Assembly: GCA_040285855.1 (NCBI GenBank)
Contig: JAUFOQ010000010.1
Span: forward strand, 930,001 to 994,000
Source of the DNA: Eukaryota sp. GEM-RC1
Lineage: Eukaryota
Direction of reading: 5' to 3'
DNA: 64,000 bases
The stretch's first letter is position 1. Every line of letters begins with the position of its first letter. A program made the position numbers and the translations under genes. Below the pieces are notes generated by a model, which was not told the origin of the DNA, ran no database searches, and saw only the letters and a program-made list of their open reading frames with translations. This document shows positions 11,898 to 25,869 of the stretch, piece after piece.

Positions 11898-12075
11898 ACA
11901 TGTACTATATGACATGTTTATAATTATGTAGATACATATACATTATTGATAACCAAGCCTCCACATCATCTGAGGTCCATTGATGTGTATAGAAACCAGT
12001 TTTTTGTGTGTTCCATTAGAACTCTATTTTTGTTATTATCTCACTTTTTTCAGAAGTTCTATAAAGTGAAAAAAC

Positions 12076-12878
12076 CATACCAGGAAAATACAAGGGTTGA
12101 ACAAAATACAAATACAAAAATACAGATACAGCTTAAAATACAAAAATACAAAGGCAATGATGTTGTATTATTTGTATTTTTAATAGTGTACATTGACAAC
12201 AATGATGTTAAATTTCCACCCACATGTACATGTATTTTGATTCGTTTCTATAAGTGTTTCTTATATACATGTACATTCTTCTTAGGTTAAACTATAATTC
12301 CTTCAGTAAATAGAGATTGATCAATTGTCTCTCACTCCTCGTCAGACTCAATTCTGCTTTTCGTTCTTGTTGGTCAGGTTTTGGCACGTATTTTGTGTCC
12401 TGTTTATGGAGAAACACAATCAAAGAGCAATTCTACCTCCAATTATTCCTCGACATAGTCCAGAAGACTACTGTAGTTTATTCGTCTTTTTTCTGTTTTG
12501 GTTGCTGATAAACTGCTACAACTACTTCGTCTTGTATGTTGATTAATATCATGTTTGTAGTTACTTCTTTAAATCATATAAAGAAAAATTGGAGATAAAA
12601 GAACTATACGTACATCCAAAAGAGGTACTTTACAGGTGAGTAAGTTCAGAAATGTATTCCTAAAAAAATACAGTATTTTGATACCGAAAAATAAAAAATA
12701 CAAATACACAAATACACGAAATGCAAAAATACAGAAAATACTGAAAAGTGTATTTTCCAGGTATGTTCAGAAACGTATTCCTAAAAAAAATACAGTATTT
12801 TAATACTGAAAAATACAAAATACAAATACACAAATACACGAAATACAAAAATACAGAAAAGTGTATTTTCCAGGTATG
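12076..12878. mobile_element. Non-autonomous hAT-type element with tandemly duplicated right end
   Basis: 17-bp TIR CATACCAGGAAAATACA / TGTATTTTCCAGGTATG (1 mismatch); perfect 8-bp TSD GAAAAAAC; AAATAC subterminal repeats. Confidence 0.85.
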
Positions 12879-13227
12879 GAAAAAACTTAAAAAAGTCTGT
12901 TTCGTTGTTTGTTGTGAATGAATGAGTACGTACTCCAAACTCTTTCACACGATTCTACAGAGCATACTTGTGTTACCAATTTGATGAGAAATTGTTTAAG
13001 CACGAGTTATGCCTGGTTGAAGAAAAAACAAAATGAGAGTGTATGGGATGGATGGATGTTAAGTGACGTTGGACAGATTCAACATTGATATACTGTACAT
13101 GGCTTGATGGCCATTGTCAGACATTCTACCATTCTGCCATACGTCCATACGCGTATGGCAAATATATATTCTTGCTTACTAGTATGGTGCAACACTGTTA
13201 TTTCCCATCACAAAAACTGTCATCTAG

Positions 13228-14340
13228 ATGTCTCATTCTGTACTTCTCTCACAGAGTAATCGTTCTTTGGATGATACTGTTTCAGTTACTGATGTTGTAG
13301 AGTACAATGGATCCTCTTCTAGTATCTCCTCTTCGCATCCTAGTTCTGATACATCGTCCGCTTCGTGCTACCTCGACGATTCTCCTTCCAATCACTTACA
13401 CTTCCAACAGTCACTTCTCATTTTGATTCACCTTCATTTTCTCCGTCAGTTCTTAGGGTCTGCTCTTGAATGGAGTACTACTGAACCTCGTCATACTCTC
13501 CTTTTTTTGAAGGAAGAATTTCCCACATTCTTTAAGAAAGTTGGTTATGTAAGCCATCACTTCTTCGAATCCGCTCTATTATCCACCAAGGTGTTTTTCC
13601 AGACAAACACGTTCCACACAGATTCTAAAGAGCTTCATCAACTCTGTTCATTTGCTTCTTTCTTTGGAGCAGATGTACAATCTGTTTTCTTACACGTAGA
13701 CGGGACCTTCAATGTTGAACAATTTCTTAGTTATTCTAATATAATTTCAGGATTGGATTTATTCTTAGAGAATCACAATGACTTGGAGTTTCTTAACAAG
13801 TCTTCTTTGTTCTTTCCACGTCTTAAGCAACTAGATGTGTATGTTCATTTTGATCCTACTATTTCAATGGCGTTCATCGAATTGTTGAAAGTAAATACTA
13901 CTGTTACAATTGTTAATCTGAGTAGAAACTCTATTGAAGATGAAGATGCTAAATCTTTGGCAGAAGCTTTAAAAGTTAATACGACAGTTTTAAGTATTGA
14001 TCTGAGTTGGAATAATATTGAAGTTGAAGGCGCTAAAGCTGTGGCAGAGGCGTTGAAGATTAATACGACAGTTTCAAGTTTTAATCTTTCTGGAAACTCT
14101 ATTGGAGCTGAAGGTGCTGGAGCTCTGGCAGAGGCGTTAAAAGTGAATAGTACAATTACAAGTCTTGATCTGTCGGCAAACCGTATTGAAGCTGAAGGTG
14201 CTAGAGCTGTAGCAGAGATGTTGAAAGTTAACACTACAATAACAAGAGTTAATCTGAAGTTCACCCACATTGAAGATGAAGGTGTTAGAGCTTTGGCAGA
14301 TGCGTTAAAAGTTAATAGAGTTGTACAAATAGAATATTAG
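13228..14340 (+). CDS. Ser-leader + conserved domain + RI-like LRR protein (5 LRRs)
   Basis: Intact 370-aa ORF; 28-aa LxxNxIxxEGAxALAEALKVN repeats. Confidence 0.85.
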   Translation: MSHSVLLSQSNRSLDDTVSVTDVVEYNGSSSSISSSHPSSDTSSASCYLDDSPSNHLHFQQSLLILIHLHFLRQFLGSALEWSTTEPRHTLLFLKEEFPTFFKKVGYVSHHFFESALLSTKVFFQTNTFHTDSKELHQLCSFASFFGADVQSVFLHVDGTFNVEQFLSYSNIISGLDLFLENHNDLEFLNKSSLFFPRLKQLDVYVHFDPTISMAFIELLKVNTTVTIVNLSRNSIEDEDAKSLAEALKVNTTVLSIDLSWNNIEVEGAKAVAEALKINTTVSSFNLSGNSIGAEGAGALAEALKVNSTITSLDLSANRIEAEGARAVAEMLKVNTTITRVNLKFTHIEDEGVRALADALKVNRVVQIEY

Positions 14341-17300
14341 ATCAATTTAATCAGTAAGTTATACTCTATCATTGAAACAAAACCCAATATAACTGGTTAA
14401 CCAATACCAAATGGAAACATTGAATAAACCGAGAGTTCTGAAGTCATTTTTTAAGTAACAACTTATAGTAATGTCGTAATCGTAGCATTGAACAAGAAAA
14501 CGAAATAATCCTGAAACGTAAACAATTATTGGTCTTGTTAAGGAACTTGTCGTCTTTAATCTGCTCTAGTATGTCTTATATTAAATATTGTTGCCATTTT
14601 AAACACAATAAACTTAGAAAGTCGAGTAAAATGAAATGATTTCAAATCATAAGTTTGATGACGCGATCAAAAAGTTTTGAGTAGTATGAAGGGGAAAGGG
14701 CATCCATAGCGATAAAGGATAACTCTTGGAATTATTTTCATTCATAATACGCTGTCTTAATAACCAACAATCTAACAATCTCAAGGTATGTTGGTAAACG
14801 TACGTCTTAAATTAATGCTGTTAAAAGATATCAAGTCACAGGTCAGGTCAAAGTCTTGACCCTATCTTGACCTGACCTTTGACCCGATGGATGAACTGTT
14901 GTGTTTTTTAGTTAAATTGGTTGGTGTTAAGTTGTTTGTTATATTTGAACTCGAAAATAGTAAAGTAACTACATTTATTATATCTTTCAATTCAAAACAA
15001 GATTCTAACCATGCATTCAGACAGACAAGAGCTTCAGTTTTGTAAATTTGTATGCTGTGTCATTCTGACCTATTACATTGTCACTAAAATATGCACAATA
15101 TATTGACAAGCCTTGATACCTTGAACATTGTGACCCAATTAAAATTGATCAAAAATGTTGTTTCCAATCTTACACTACTTCCACTAGTAGTAGTAAGATT
15201 TTGTAGAGTTCAGTTGAATTATTGTCGCAGTATCAAATTATCACCTAAATTCTTAAACTTAGAGTATTAAGAGAAGTAGTAAAAGATTCCCTTTAAGAAT
15301 CAGAAAAGATACATGACAAGTTACCAGACAACATTGAATAAATTGGAAAACAATTTCAGAACCATCACACAAAAATTATTTTAGATGTCACCAATACTTA
15401 TTCTTATTTATACACAAACTATATGAATTTTTGGTCAAATTTTTGGTGTTGAAACTTACTCACACTAGTCGACCAACACCACAACACTGTAAGTACAATC
15501 AATCACTCACATTCTTTTAGCTTTGTTAATTTACATTTTTGTTAATCATAACAGTTAATGTAGTTAAACGTTTGTTTATTGTCTAGAGTGACAGTGTAAT
15601 CACTGTTCTCAGGACTCACTTAGTGTTAGTTCGTAATCAACTCTAAATGATTCACTTGTGAAAACGATACTAGATGTTTTGTGTCTGGTGTTTATTGTTT
15701 AACGTTACTGAAAAAGTTGGCTCAGTATAAATCGGTGCGACAAAAGTGGTGGGAAAGTATGTTGGTGATTTATGCATAATATTGACAAATTATACTGTTT
15801 TATGTCAGTGACTTAAATGACCCCACAATGGGCACTTCAATAATACTGCGTTGAACAATCCTTCACAGAAGCATCTGATGTTGATGCAGTATAAGAACTG
15901 TGGTATTTTTAACCAGCAATTTTCTGAGTCCGGTGTTTGATAGCTTTTATTTTGTTATTTTTGTCCCTTTCATCTATGAACAGGTTTTGGAGGTAAAGTG
16001 AAATTCTAAAATTGTTGAAAATTAAGTTCAATCAGTAAACAAAAATATATAATGTGAATACATCGCTGCTAAAATCAACTTACCTTCCAATAAATTATTG
16101 CAATACTGTATTGCAAAGTATTAAAATTATTGCAAAATGCAATTGTTTTTGAAAATTCCTGGACCTAATAGGTGTTTGGTTGCAATCTATTTTTGAAAAG
16201 TTTGATATTAAAACAACTAACATACACGTAAGAACTACAAAATATAAACAAGACATCATCCGAAATAAAACCCTTTCCAAGTTCAATCAAACATAACGAG
16301 TTGCCGAATTGTAGAATGAACGTGACTCCTCGATGACGTTTTCTTCCCTGGAACGTTACCTCTGGGGAACCTTCATAACCCTGTCATGTGGAATGGGTCA
16401 GTACATTGGACAAGGTGCATCAAATAAGCTGAATCTGCAGACCGGAGTTATATGCACCATATCTTATTTTGCATCACTCTTGGCGAGACTGTTCATTATG
16501 ACATATCCTGACATGGGACATTGGTTAACTCAGTAAGCGTTCTGGGCTGAATGCATTGATTGCATTCTCAAGCAATCACCTGAGCCATGTAGTCAGTTTA
16601 ATGACAACGTCGGTGGTGTCGGTGGTGTGCACGTGCAGCTTGTGGGTTTGGCTTTGATACAACTGTCTAATATATATACATCACAATTGTGTATCAATTG
16701 ATGAATCACCGAAGTCCAGGTACTTCTTTTTCATTTGTTCTTGTTCGTTCTGTGGAGTGTTGTTGGTTGTCGTCTCATAATCATCGCTTACATACTTCTG
16801 ATATCGATGGTTGTTTAAAGTCTGCAATTCCGTTAAAGGAAGAGACACTTTTGAGGATAACCAACTTTAAATCTCTATGTTCTTTGAAACGTTTTTGTTA
16901 CTTGGTTACATCTCTATCACATTCTCAACTCTAGTGATATTAGCAACACTTGAAGTTCTGAGTGTAAGAAATTCCTTCTTCCACTGAATAGAACTACACA
17001 ACACGTAAACTCAAAGTCTAACAGAATGGTCATTCGGGGTCCTTTACGAATTTAAGGACATGTTCCAAAAGTTCGCAGATTTCTAGAGAATACAATACTG
17101 GTTTGATAACGCTGTTGTAGTCACTCCTGCTTGCACCAGGTTATATTTGCGTGTTTACAGTAACACATAAGGTCGTCCATCCTTATAAGAACGTGTTCAT
17201 TGTGTTCAATTGTTGGTCTTTGTTGTTAGTGAAGATAAGGATACCTAGTAGATATCTTCACCTCTGATGACGTGGCATCTATTCTTAAAGATCTCTAGCA

Positions 17301-17409
17301 ACAATAAACACTTCTTCTTTTCATTTGTATCAACGTTGACCTTACGACAACATAGTGCAGTAAACATACTAGAGGTGATCCTTTATTAAGGATAAGAACC
17401 TCTATTACT

Positions 17410-17610
17410 ATATCCTGCCTAATAGAGCACCCCTAATACCAAAATAAAAGGTGCTCTAAGATATAGCACCTGCCTAATAGAGCACCTGCAATTATAACAG
17501 GGGTATATCTGGTCACAATTAGGAGAAGGTGCTCTGAATTGGGGCACCTGCCTAATAAAGCACCCATAAAACCAAGGGAAAACGGTGCTCTAGAATAGAG
17601 CACGGTGCTA
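17410..17610. repeat. Cluster of direct and inverted CCTGCCTAATAGAGCACC motifs (probable transposon terminus)
   Basis: Motif repeated about 4 times, interleaved with inverted GGTGCTCT copies. Confidence 0.5.
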
Positions 17611-18409
17611 TGTATGTAGGAGAAAATAAATAAACCTAATATGAAATTACTCCTATAAAGATAGAACACAACCAGCATGTTTAAGTCGAAAACACTAAAA
17701 ACACCAATCTCATACAACTAGTAAACCAATGACTTCACAAGAAATGCTACACTGGGGAGAAAGGACGGAGCAGCGGTCAACATCAGAAAAGAAGAAGCAC
17801 AACAAATGTTACATGAAAGTATAACTTCAACAGATATTTTAGGGACCCTGAATCATCTGTTGAAGTTCTACTTCTCATGAAAAAAATAAATTAGGGTTGG
17901 CGGCTGGCCTACTTTTTACTCTCGGCTCGGCCTTGCATTTCCGGCCAGCCAGCTTTATCTTAAACGCACTACAGGCCCGCCGGCCGGCCAATGAGCCGGC
18001 TTGATCACTGTTACTGCTCATTTTATCTTTTTAGCACAAACAGTAATTCTTTAACTACACAACAGTCCGTTGTAGATGCTTTCCAGACCGAACAAATTTA
18101 CAATACATTATTTAATTTTTTCCGTACATTTTTATGGATATAATAAAATAAATATCGATTGGCTAAAAACATTTTACCAGTGTGTTATCGTACAATAAAT
18201 TTTATCAAACAAACAAAGAAGTTGGACTCTCACAGATGATGAGAAGTAACGTACATAACGTAGAGAGCTATTGTTCTACTTTAAACTCCATCATGCTAAG
18301 CATTCTGTATTAAAAAGGTATATTCTCAGAAGGAAATTGAACGTTGATACAATCTACTTGTTTTCCAACCTGATTTTATTGACAACAACACTACAGTTTA
18401 CATACATCT

Positions 18410-18700
18410 AATAATCAATATCCTCAAAGTCCAGATTGCATATCTGGAAATTCTCACATACCTTGTCCTCATATTGTCTGCCACACGGTAATCAAGCGCT
18501 AGCTATAGAAGTCACCATACCTTTAAAGATAGCAAACACGATTCGATTTTTCCAAAATCTAAGATCAAATTTCCTAGATGTTGTTTCTCTTACAATTTGC
18601 ACAAAGATTTCAAGTAACAATGTTGCAGATTCACCTACAGAACTGTACAGTGAAAATACAAAAGGGTACAACAAGTAATTCGAGGGTGAACCTGAATTCA
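18410..18700 (-). mobile_element. 3' fragment of an RLE-type non-LTR retrotransposon
   Basis: YPFVFSLYSSVG...RKFDLRFWKNRIVFAIFK aligns with the C-terminus of the copies at 26525 and 36840. Confidence 0.7.
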
Positions 18701-19037
18701 ATAATTTCAATTTAGCACAATACAACCTACAGAATCTAAACCCGTACACACGTCGATTTGTAAGTATATGCTTGATCTACATTTCTGTAATTTTTCAGTT
18801 ACTATGAACTTACGTAATTTGGAATTGTACAATAATTTGAACAGTTCTACCGGACCAAGAAATAGTAATCCTCAACAAAAGATCATTTCACTGCTCATGT
18901 CAAGAGAACAATTCACGAGCACATTTGAAGAACTCTACGAAAACAAAACAACACTTATAGTTTAAAAATGGTCAAAAAAACGGATTTATGTGCGGAGAAA
19001 AACACATAATAAGATAAGTACAAAAAAATAAACACTA

Positions 19038-19361
19038 TTAAAACAAATTATTAAACCAACTACCTGATTCTGAAAAGTAGTTGCCTCCAAACAACTTGGA
19101 CAAAATGGAATCAAGATATCTATACTTAGACCTAAAAATCGAAAAAGCAAATTTACTCTTCCAGTACGATCTGTTAAACTTCTTGCCAAATTCTGACCAC
19201 AAATGTTCGAATAAATTTAAAAACTCTTTGGTAGAAGAACCGAAATTTCCGTACAATGAAACTGCAAAAGGCTGAAAGACGATATTATTGTGTCTTCGTG
19301 AATTCAGTGCAGCAACTTGATGTCCGTACTTAGACATTTTGGCGTTCTCAGCGTCTTCCAA
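19038..19361 (-). mobile_element. 3' fragment of a second RLE-type non-LTR subfamily
   Basis: AENAKMSKY...FQPFAVSLYGNFG: the E-x-x-K-x-x-KY and PFA...G motifs of restriction-like endonuclease domains. Confidence 0.7.
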
Positions 19362-19848
19362 AATGGTTTATTCAAAATAACTCTGTCTAGAGAACTAGAC
19401 TATTTTCAATTTGCATTCGACAATGAGTGTATTGAAGGAAACAATACAAGCATATTCTCTTCTATACTGGAACCTTGCTTATATTAGGACCTTGATGATA
19501 AATATTTGTTACAATAAATACCACCTTAAAAATATATTGTTTCCCACCTCTGGTGTGGATTCACAAAGAGAGATCACAACAAGCAAAAGATGTGATACTC
19601 AACAACAATGAACTACGTCAATAATGTAGTAGTATGAGTGTGACTTTTACCAAAACTATTATGGAGACACCAATACAAGCCTTGTACCGATACGGGGGTA
19701 GAAAAATTTAGGTTTGTACAGTGTTTGGGAAGGGACTGTATTGGTGTCAGGTCCTTGTGGTAGATCAAACAAATACAAGTACTTCAGCCTGACTTTTTGG
19801 TTATGGAGCAACACTGCCAAAAACACTGGATCAAACATATATCATTTT

Positions 19849-21042
19849 ATGTTACGTCCAAAGAGTACCAGGTTATCCAGTCATAATGTTGCGGGTACTG
19901 TCTCTCTCTCCAGTATCTCCTCTTCGAATCTTCGCTCTAAGAAATCGTCCACTTCGTACTCTACCATCGATTCTGCGTCCAATCGCTTACACTTCCAACA
20001 GTCTCTGCTAATTTTGATACATCTTCATTTTCTCCGTCGCTTCTTAACACGAGGTGAATCTCATCGTTTGAAGAAAGATCTATTTACTTTCTTTGCGAAA
20101 GTTGGCTATGTAAGTCACCACTTCTTTGAATCCGCCCTTCTAGCAATCAAGGTGTTTCTCCAAACAAACACGTTTCATGTAGAACCTGAAGATCTTCCTC
20201 AGCTCTGTTCATTTGCTTCTTTCTTTGGAGCAGAGATACAATCTGTTTTCGTACACATAAACGGGATCTTTAAAGCTGAAGAATTCCTGTGTTTCTCTCA
20301 TGTAATTTCAGGATTGGAATTTAAATTAAGAAATCACAATGACTTGGAGTTTCTCAACAAGTCTTCTTTGTTCTTTCCACGTCTTAAGGAACTTCATGTT
20401 GATGCTTGTGCTTCTATTACAATGCTATTGATGGAATCATTGAAAGTTAACACTTCAGTTACCAGTATTAATCTGGTGGACAATTCTATGGGCGCTGAAG
20501 GTGCTAAAGCTTTGGGAGAGATGTTAAAAGTTAATACTACCGTTAAGTGTGTTAATTTGGAACGGAACTTTATTGGAGCTGAAGGTACTTGTGCGATAGT
20601 TGAGGCATTAACACTTAATTCTACAGTTAACAGTATTAATATGTCGATCAACTTCATTAGAGATGAAGGTACTACAGTCCTGGTAGAAGCATTAAAAGCA
20701 AATAATACAATTGCAAATATTAATCTAAGTTACAATGCTATTGGAAATAAAGGTGCAAGAGCTTTCGCAGATGCGTTAAAGGTTAATGCTACTTTGACGA
20801 GTGTTAATCTCGGTTTCAATTCTATTGGAGATCCAGGTGCAAGAGCTTTGGCAGATGCCTTGATGATTAATACTACAATTTCCCGCATCAATTTAGAAGG
20901 TAATTCTATTGGAGCTCAAGGTGCTATAGCTTTAGCAAAAGCTTTAACAATTAATACCACACTCATAAGTGTTAATGTAAAGAATAACTCTATTAATGCT
21001 GATGGTACTAGAGTTTTGACAAAGGCGCTAAAAATCAATTGA
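19849..21042 (+). CDS. Ser-leader LRR family protein (7 LRRs; atypical N-terminus, C-terminal cap shortened by TGA)
   Basis: Open frame from ATG 19849 with the family domain; after the TGA the frame continues KVKIGG, as in paralog caps. Confidence 0.75.
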   Translation: MLRPKSTRLSSHNVAGTVSLSSISSSNLRSKKSSTSYSTIDSASNRLHFQQSLLILIHLHFLRRFLTRGESHRLKKDLFTFFAKVGYVSHHFFESALLAIKVFLQTNTFHVEPEDLPQLCSFASFFGAEIQSVFVHINGIFKAEEFLCFSHVISGLEFKLRNHNDLEFLNKSSLFFPRLKELHVDACASITMLLMESLKVNTSVTSINLVDNSMGAEGAKALGEMLKVNTTVKCVNLERNFIGAEGTCAIVEALTLNSTVNSINMSINFIRDEGTTVLVEALKANNTIANINLSYNAIGNKGARAFADALKVNATLTSVNLGFNSIGDPGARALADALMINTTISRINLEGNSIGAQGAIALAKALTINTTLISVNVKNNSINADGTRVLTKALKIN

Positions 21043-22785
21043 AAAGTTAAAATAGGAGGGCTGTGTTAACTTGATTCAGTATGTATTCATTTTGGAATTT
21101 GTTTCATTTAGCAGATAAATTGTAGTCGATTCTTTAAAATCTGTCAACATCTCCCAAAACTTTTGGTGTGGAAGGGAGGTGATTCTGTGTTTCTGGATTG
21201 TTGAAAATCTGGTAATAAGCCATAGAGTCATGCTAAATATTCAAACATCGATACAACACTTTAAATGTGAAACCATCAATTACATCCTTGTCTTGAAGTG
21301 TGTTATGAAAATAAGGTAGTTCAAAATGTCAGAACGTTGAATTTGGATTCTGATGATGTTGACTGTTGCAGTATTTGCTTTTTACACAAGTTTACTGTTC
21401 GAAATATATTCAAATAGTTCTCAGAACTGATTATTGGATTCTACTCATTAATGTTGAAACTCCAGCCCCTGAAATGACAGAACATTTCAAAACACAATTC
21501 ATATTTTCAACTTGATTTTATCAGAATTTTGGAACTGTTTTCAAAAACGAAATTACTTGTACAATCAGTTATTAACTGAATTTGGCTATCTAGTTGATAC
21601 AGCCAATATTCAGCACAGAAGCCAAATTCCGTGATATACCCATGGAACGCAAATGTTCCGTACCGCGACGATTTTAGGCGTACCGTACCGTACGTGCGTA
21701 CGTACTGTACAAGTACCGGTACTGTTCTTTTGACCGACTAAAATAATTATTACTATTTTGAACATGGTGATCCAATGTTAGATTTTAACAGTTACCATCG
21801 TCATAAAATTTACCGTTAAACATTGTTCATGATATCAAAATCGTGATCGTCACACTCATTCAAATTTAAGGTACGTCATTTGCTGACCGCCACTTCCCCA
21901 AAATGCCACTTTTACGTAAGAAGCTCAGCAATCGCCCGAAATCAACAATAGTAGTAGCTTTTTCGAATCGCAATGCATATATTGAGTGGCTAAGACGGAA
22001 TATAACGATGATAAAGGGTCCAAAAACCCACAGATTGGATTTCTAAACGGTCAGAAGATGTAGTTGCAATTTGCACTAGTATTGTGTATGACTAGTGATT
22101 GAACCGTATCGTTCATGATAACTCTTCTTGACAGATATTACTATGAAATGTTCTTTTCCATCATTGAAAATATTGTGCTATCAAATGCTGCTTTCGCAAT
22201 ACAATGGATCATTCGTGACGACTGATATAATAAGGGGAAAACATTCGTTCTATATGGAACCTAATTTAGATGAAGACGATTTGACAGTATGGATTGGAAT
22301 TCTTTCTAACATTCAAGACGATCAATTATTTGAATCGAAAACTGGTGTTCTATTTGAGGCAAAAGAAGGATATGGGTGTTCACAGATTTTAATGCATTGT
22401 ATGAATTCTTATATTGGTACCTACGAATTGACTCCCGAAGACGAAGTGACGATTATTCTTGTTAATTTTGATTGGTAATCAGCTAGAAGTGAATCTCCTG
22501 AGATCGTGTTCTGCGTTAGACAAGCTAATATCTTCCTTGGGTCACTACCAGAGTTGGTATTGAAACCAACCATCATTTGTATGGAGTAAAGCCAGTTTAG
22601 TACCCTGGTTGTGATCCACAGATCTCTAACAAATTGTTTCTAGACACTGAACAATTCTTGAGTCATTAATTGGTGAAAACTAAAGAGACATTTCCTACGC
22701 TTATGAAGCTCTGGTTTATAGTTGTGTTTGATAGTCAAAACATCAGTGGATTTAACAAATAGGAATTTACTTTATCACATCTACC

Positions 22786-22880
22786 ATGTCTTAAGCTGAA
22801 GCTCAGAAGAGTGGGCGTTCAGAAGATGTTAGTCTATCAGTAACTGATGTTGTTGAATGTGGATGGTGGTTCAGTATCCA
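22786..22880 (+). pseudogene. Degraded 5' fragment of the Ser-leader LRR family
   Basis: ATG TCT TAA ... GRSEDVSLSVTDVVEC resembles the family leader. Confidence 0.5.
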
Positions 22881-23067
22881 TTTTTGAAGAGATTCCTGAG
22901 AAAACACGTGTCAACAACAATCAAGAAAAGTATATCCTTTGTTGCTGATTGACACGTTAACCATGTAGTTTTCACTGTAGCCAAGAGGTTTCTCATCACT
23001 TCCAGTATTTCTATCCCCTGTCTGATACGTCGTTGTTATCTGTCCAATTCTTACTCCAGCCCAGATC

Positions 23068-23733
23068 ATGTACACCACTGAGAACCAAAGCCAGCAACCC
23101 ATCTACCAGTCAGAGAGTTTCAAGAAGTTTTTCGTCATCATAGGAGTTCTATTAGTGGTGATCGCAACTATTTTCGGTGTCGTTGTATTTTATTTCTTCA
23201 TGAATACTATTCATCGAAGTATACTCTTCTCATCGGATGATTTTTGGCAGAAAACAGCAATTGACTATGACGCACGTATTATTTACCTTTCTGAAGGTGG
23301 TGTGCAAGATCTTGCAAAACTGAACGACAAAATGTTCTTCAGTAAAACAGTTGACAATGATGCTTGTGTTGCTCAAAAATCAGAAGAACTCACAATATTG
23401 ATGGACAGAATCTTTTTAGTATTGTTACCTCCCAAAGCTGCTAAGAAAGACGGATCCAAGACAGTAAATGGTGTCACATGTGTCATTTACAAGGCTACTT
23501 TTACACTCGATGGAGACTTGGAGTGGTGTATTACTGAGGGCTTTGTAATTGTAATTGATAGTGATATCGAAGATAGAGAACCAGCTGTTCTCACTGATCA
23601 CCAGAAGCTGGATAAAGATTCCAAATATATTGACGAGAGCAACTTCTGTCATTTAATAGAATTTATTGAATCGGAAACTTCTAACACGAATTCTTCTGTT
23701 CAGACGATCATTTCCATTGGTCCTCTTTTTTAA
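23068..23733 (+). CDS. Hypothetical single-pass membrane protein
   Basis: 221-aa ATG ORF; hydrophobic FFVIIGVLLVVIATIFGVVVFYFF near the N-terminus; Cys-containing domain with KTVNGVTC. Confidence 0.7.
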   Translation: MYTTENQSQQPIYQSESFKKFFVIIGVLLVVIATIFGVVVFYFFMNTIHRSILFSSDDFWQKTAIDYDARIIYLSEGGVQDLAKLNDKMFFSKTVDNDACVAQKSEELTILMDRIFLVLLPPKAAKKDGSKTVNGVTCVIYKATFTLDGDLEWCITEGFVIVIDSDIEDREPAVLTDHQKLDKDSKYIDESNFCHLIEFIESETSNTNSSVQTIISIGPLF

Positions 23734-23923
23734 GGAATAAGAATTAACTTTGACCTATTTGTTTGTGTATGCAAATTGTTCTTTATAAATTTTGTCGGCA
23801 AATATGTCCCAAATGTGTATTTCGTTGGTAATACATTGATTGTCTTACTATCAGATGATCTTGTCCAACATCAGTTATGCGAAGGAGGGAAAGTGTCCCA
23901 CTGACGATAGTTCCAAAATTAGA

Positions 23924-24366
23924 CCTAAGTTCTGTAGAACCAAATAATAATTGTAATGACGAAAAACCGAACAGAGAGCAGATGTTGTTGCCCCTTCTAT
24001 GTCTGTCGATGTTGTGTCAGTGAATGTTTGTAACAAAACATATTTAAAGAATGCTTACTCTGAAACTTCCGCTTTTAGACATTTCTGAACAATCCAAACA
24101 GGATAAGTACAAGAAACCATTGGTAGCACTAAAACATGTAAAACGTTTTGAATACGAATTATGCCCTTTTGATGTTTCCATCCATGACTGTGAAGAAAAA
24201 GTGCATTGAATTTACCAAGCAGATATTCAAAGAATGGTAAAAAATAGGATTAACAAACGTTTTGATCATATGTTATTTTTGAATCGCATAGTTTTTGCCA
24301 TTTTTAAAACAATTCTTCTAATCATCTTCAAAGCTTTACTAGCAGTGACTTCCTTTTATGAGGACC
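23924..24366 (+). mobile_element. Degraded 3' fragment of the RLE-type non-LTR retrotransposon
   Basis: Clear nucleotide similarity to 37850-38322. Confidence 0.8.
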
Positions 24367-25187
24367 AATGATTCTCATGACGGTTTTGCTAAGTAAGTGA
24401 TAAAGATGCACGTATCAACATTAGGTTGATGTTCGAAATTGTTTTTTCTTCTTCAGACGATTGTTTTTACCTCAATTCATACAGAAAAGTCCTTTGCAGA
24501 ACATGATGGTTTTCTTTATCATTGGTTATATTAATATTACATTAATATATAATTTCTTTCATGTGTTCATTTTCTGAATTCATATATTTTACTTGATTGT
24601 GACAAATATACATTCATTTATGTAATGTTTTTGGTTTGATTAGACGAAAATCATTCAAAATATGATGCTAATAAAATTAATTTTGGGTTGTTTGTATCGA
24701 CTACTCGACGCTTGGTGGTAGATGTCCGACGATGTCCGTTCATAATTGTTAATAAAAGAATGGGATTGATACGTTGTCGGTTAACGTCTTGTAACAAGTT
24801 GAATATTATTATTCAGATAGTTTCTACATGGATGAACATGACATTGTTTCAGTGGATGTTTGCCAGAACAGTTACGACAAATTGTTAGTATAGTGTATTC
24901 TGTATGTAAAACAACCCATCGAATGGTTCGCTAAACCTTGACTATCAGTGAGTTCCTTTTTGAGTAAATAACTGTGACCATGTGACAAATAAGACAGAAT
25001 GCAAATTTATGTCTTAAATTCTTTCAGATTCAGTCATATAAATCGTTCGAAAGTACACACACAATAGAAAGCATTGATCACGTTTAGTCTTCAATTCGAA
25101 TATATCTCCATATTTTGCGTATCCCGATCCTCACAAGCATCACAAATATCACTCACAAATATCACATCACAAAAAATGTGTGATAAG

Positions 25188-25849
25188 TAGGGATTGTAAT
25201 GGATTGGTTAGGTTTGGTTTTGGTTCTCAAAATTTGAACCAAACCAACCCAGAACCACACACGTCTAAACCACACCAAACCGGCACCGTAGACGTCTTAA
25301 CCAAACCACAACCACGAATCATATGGTTTTATTAATTTTTACCAATAGTTTTGTGGTTACATACTTGGAACAATACAAAACGCATTTTTCTTCCATGTCT
25401 GATATACTATATCTTTTGTGAGAAGAACCTCAATCTCAATTAAAAAATTACAAGGGACTTTTTTGCAGTTCAAGCCACATCTCTCCCTTGTTAACAACTG
25501 TTTTCTTTGACAGGGATGTACTGTGACCAAATTAGGTAATCGAATAAGCTATTATAGTGTACATGCCTTGATGACTCTGCGATCTTTTCTCCAAAACAAC
25601 AATAGATGATAGTTGATCTATTTTGAACACATAAATAACTACTTTACTATACATATATGAATAAAAATGAGGTTTCAAACACATTTGTTCGTAGGTACTT
25701 TAGGATGATATGTAAGTAAAAACAGGTATTCTGAAGTCATCATGGTCCTGGTTTGGTCCTGGTTTTAAACCCCAACCAAAACCATGATGGTTTCGGATTT
25801 TGGAACTAAACCAAACCAATCCAATCCATTGGTTTTTCGGCCATCTCTA
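25188..25849. mobile_element. Non-autonomous hAT-type element
   Basis: Ends TAGGGATTG / CCATCTCTA, perfect 8-bp TSD GTGATAAG, AAACC/GGTTT subterminal repeats. Confidence 0.8.
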
Positions 25850-25869
25850 GTGATAAGTATGGTCTGAAC

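Noticed and set aside
11946..12938. Low-complexity ORFs 11946..12290 and 12660..12938
   Set aside because: They are translations of the AAATAC subterminal repeats of the TIR element.
22128..22478. 116-aa ORF
   Set aside because: Non-ATG start and no recognisable motif; may be a gene remnant but cannot be supported.
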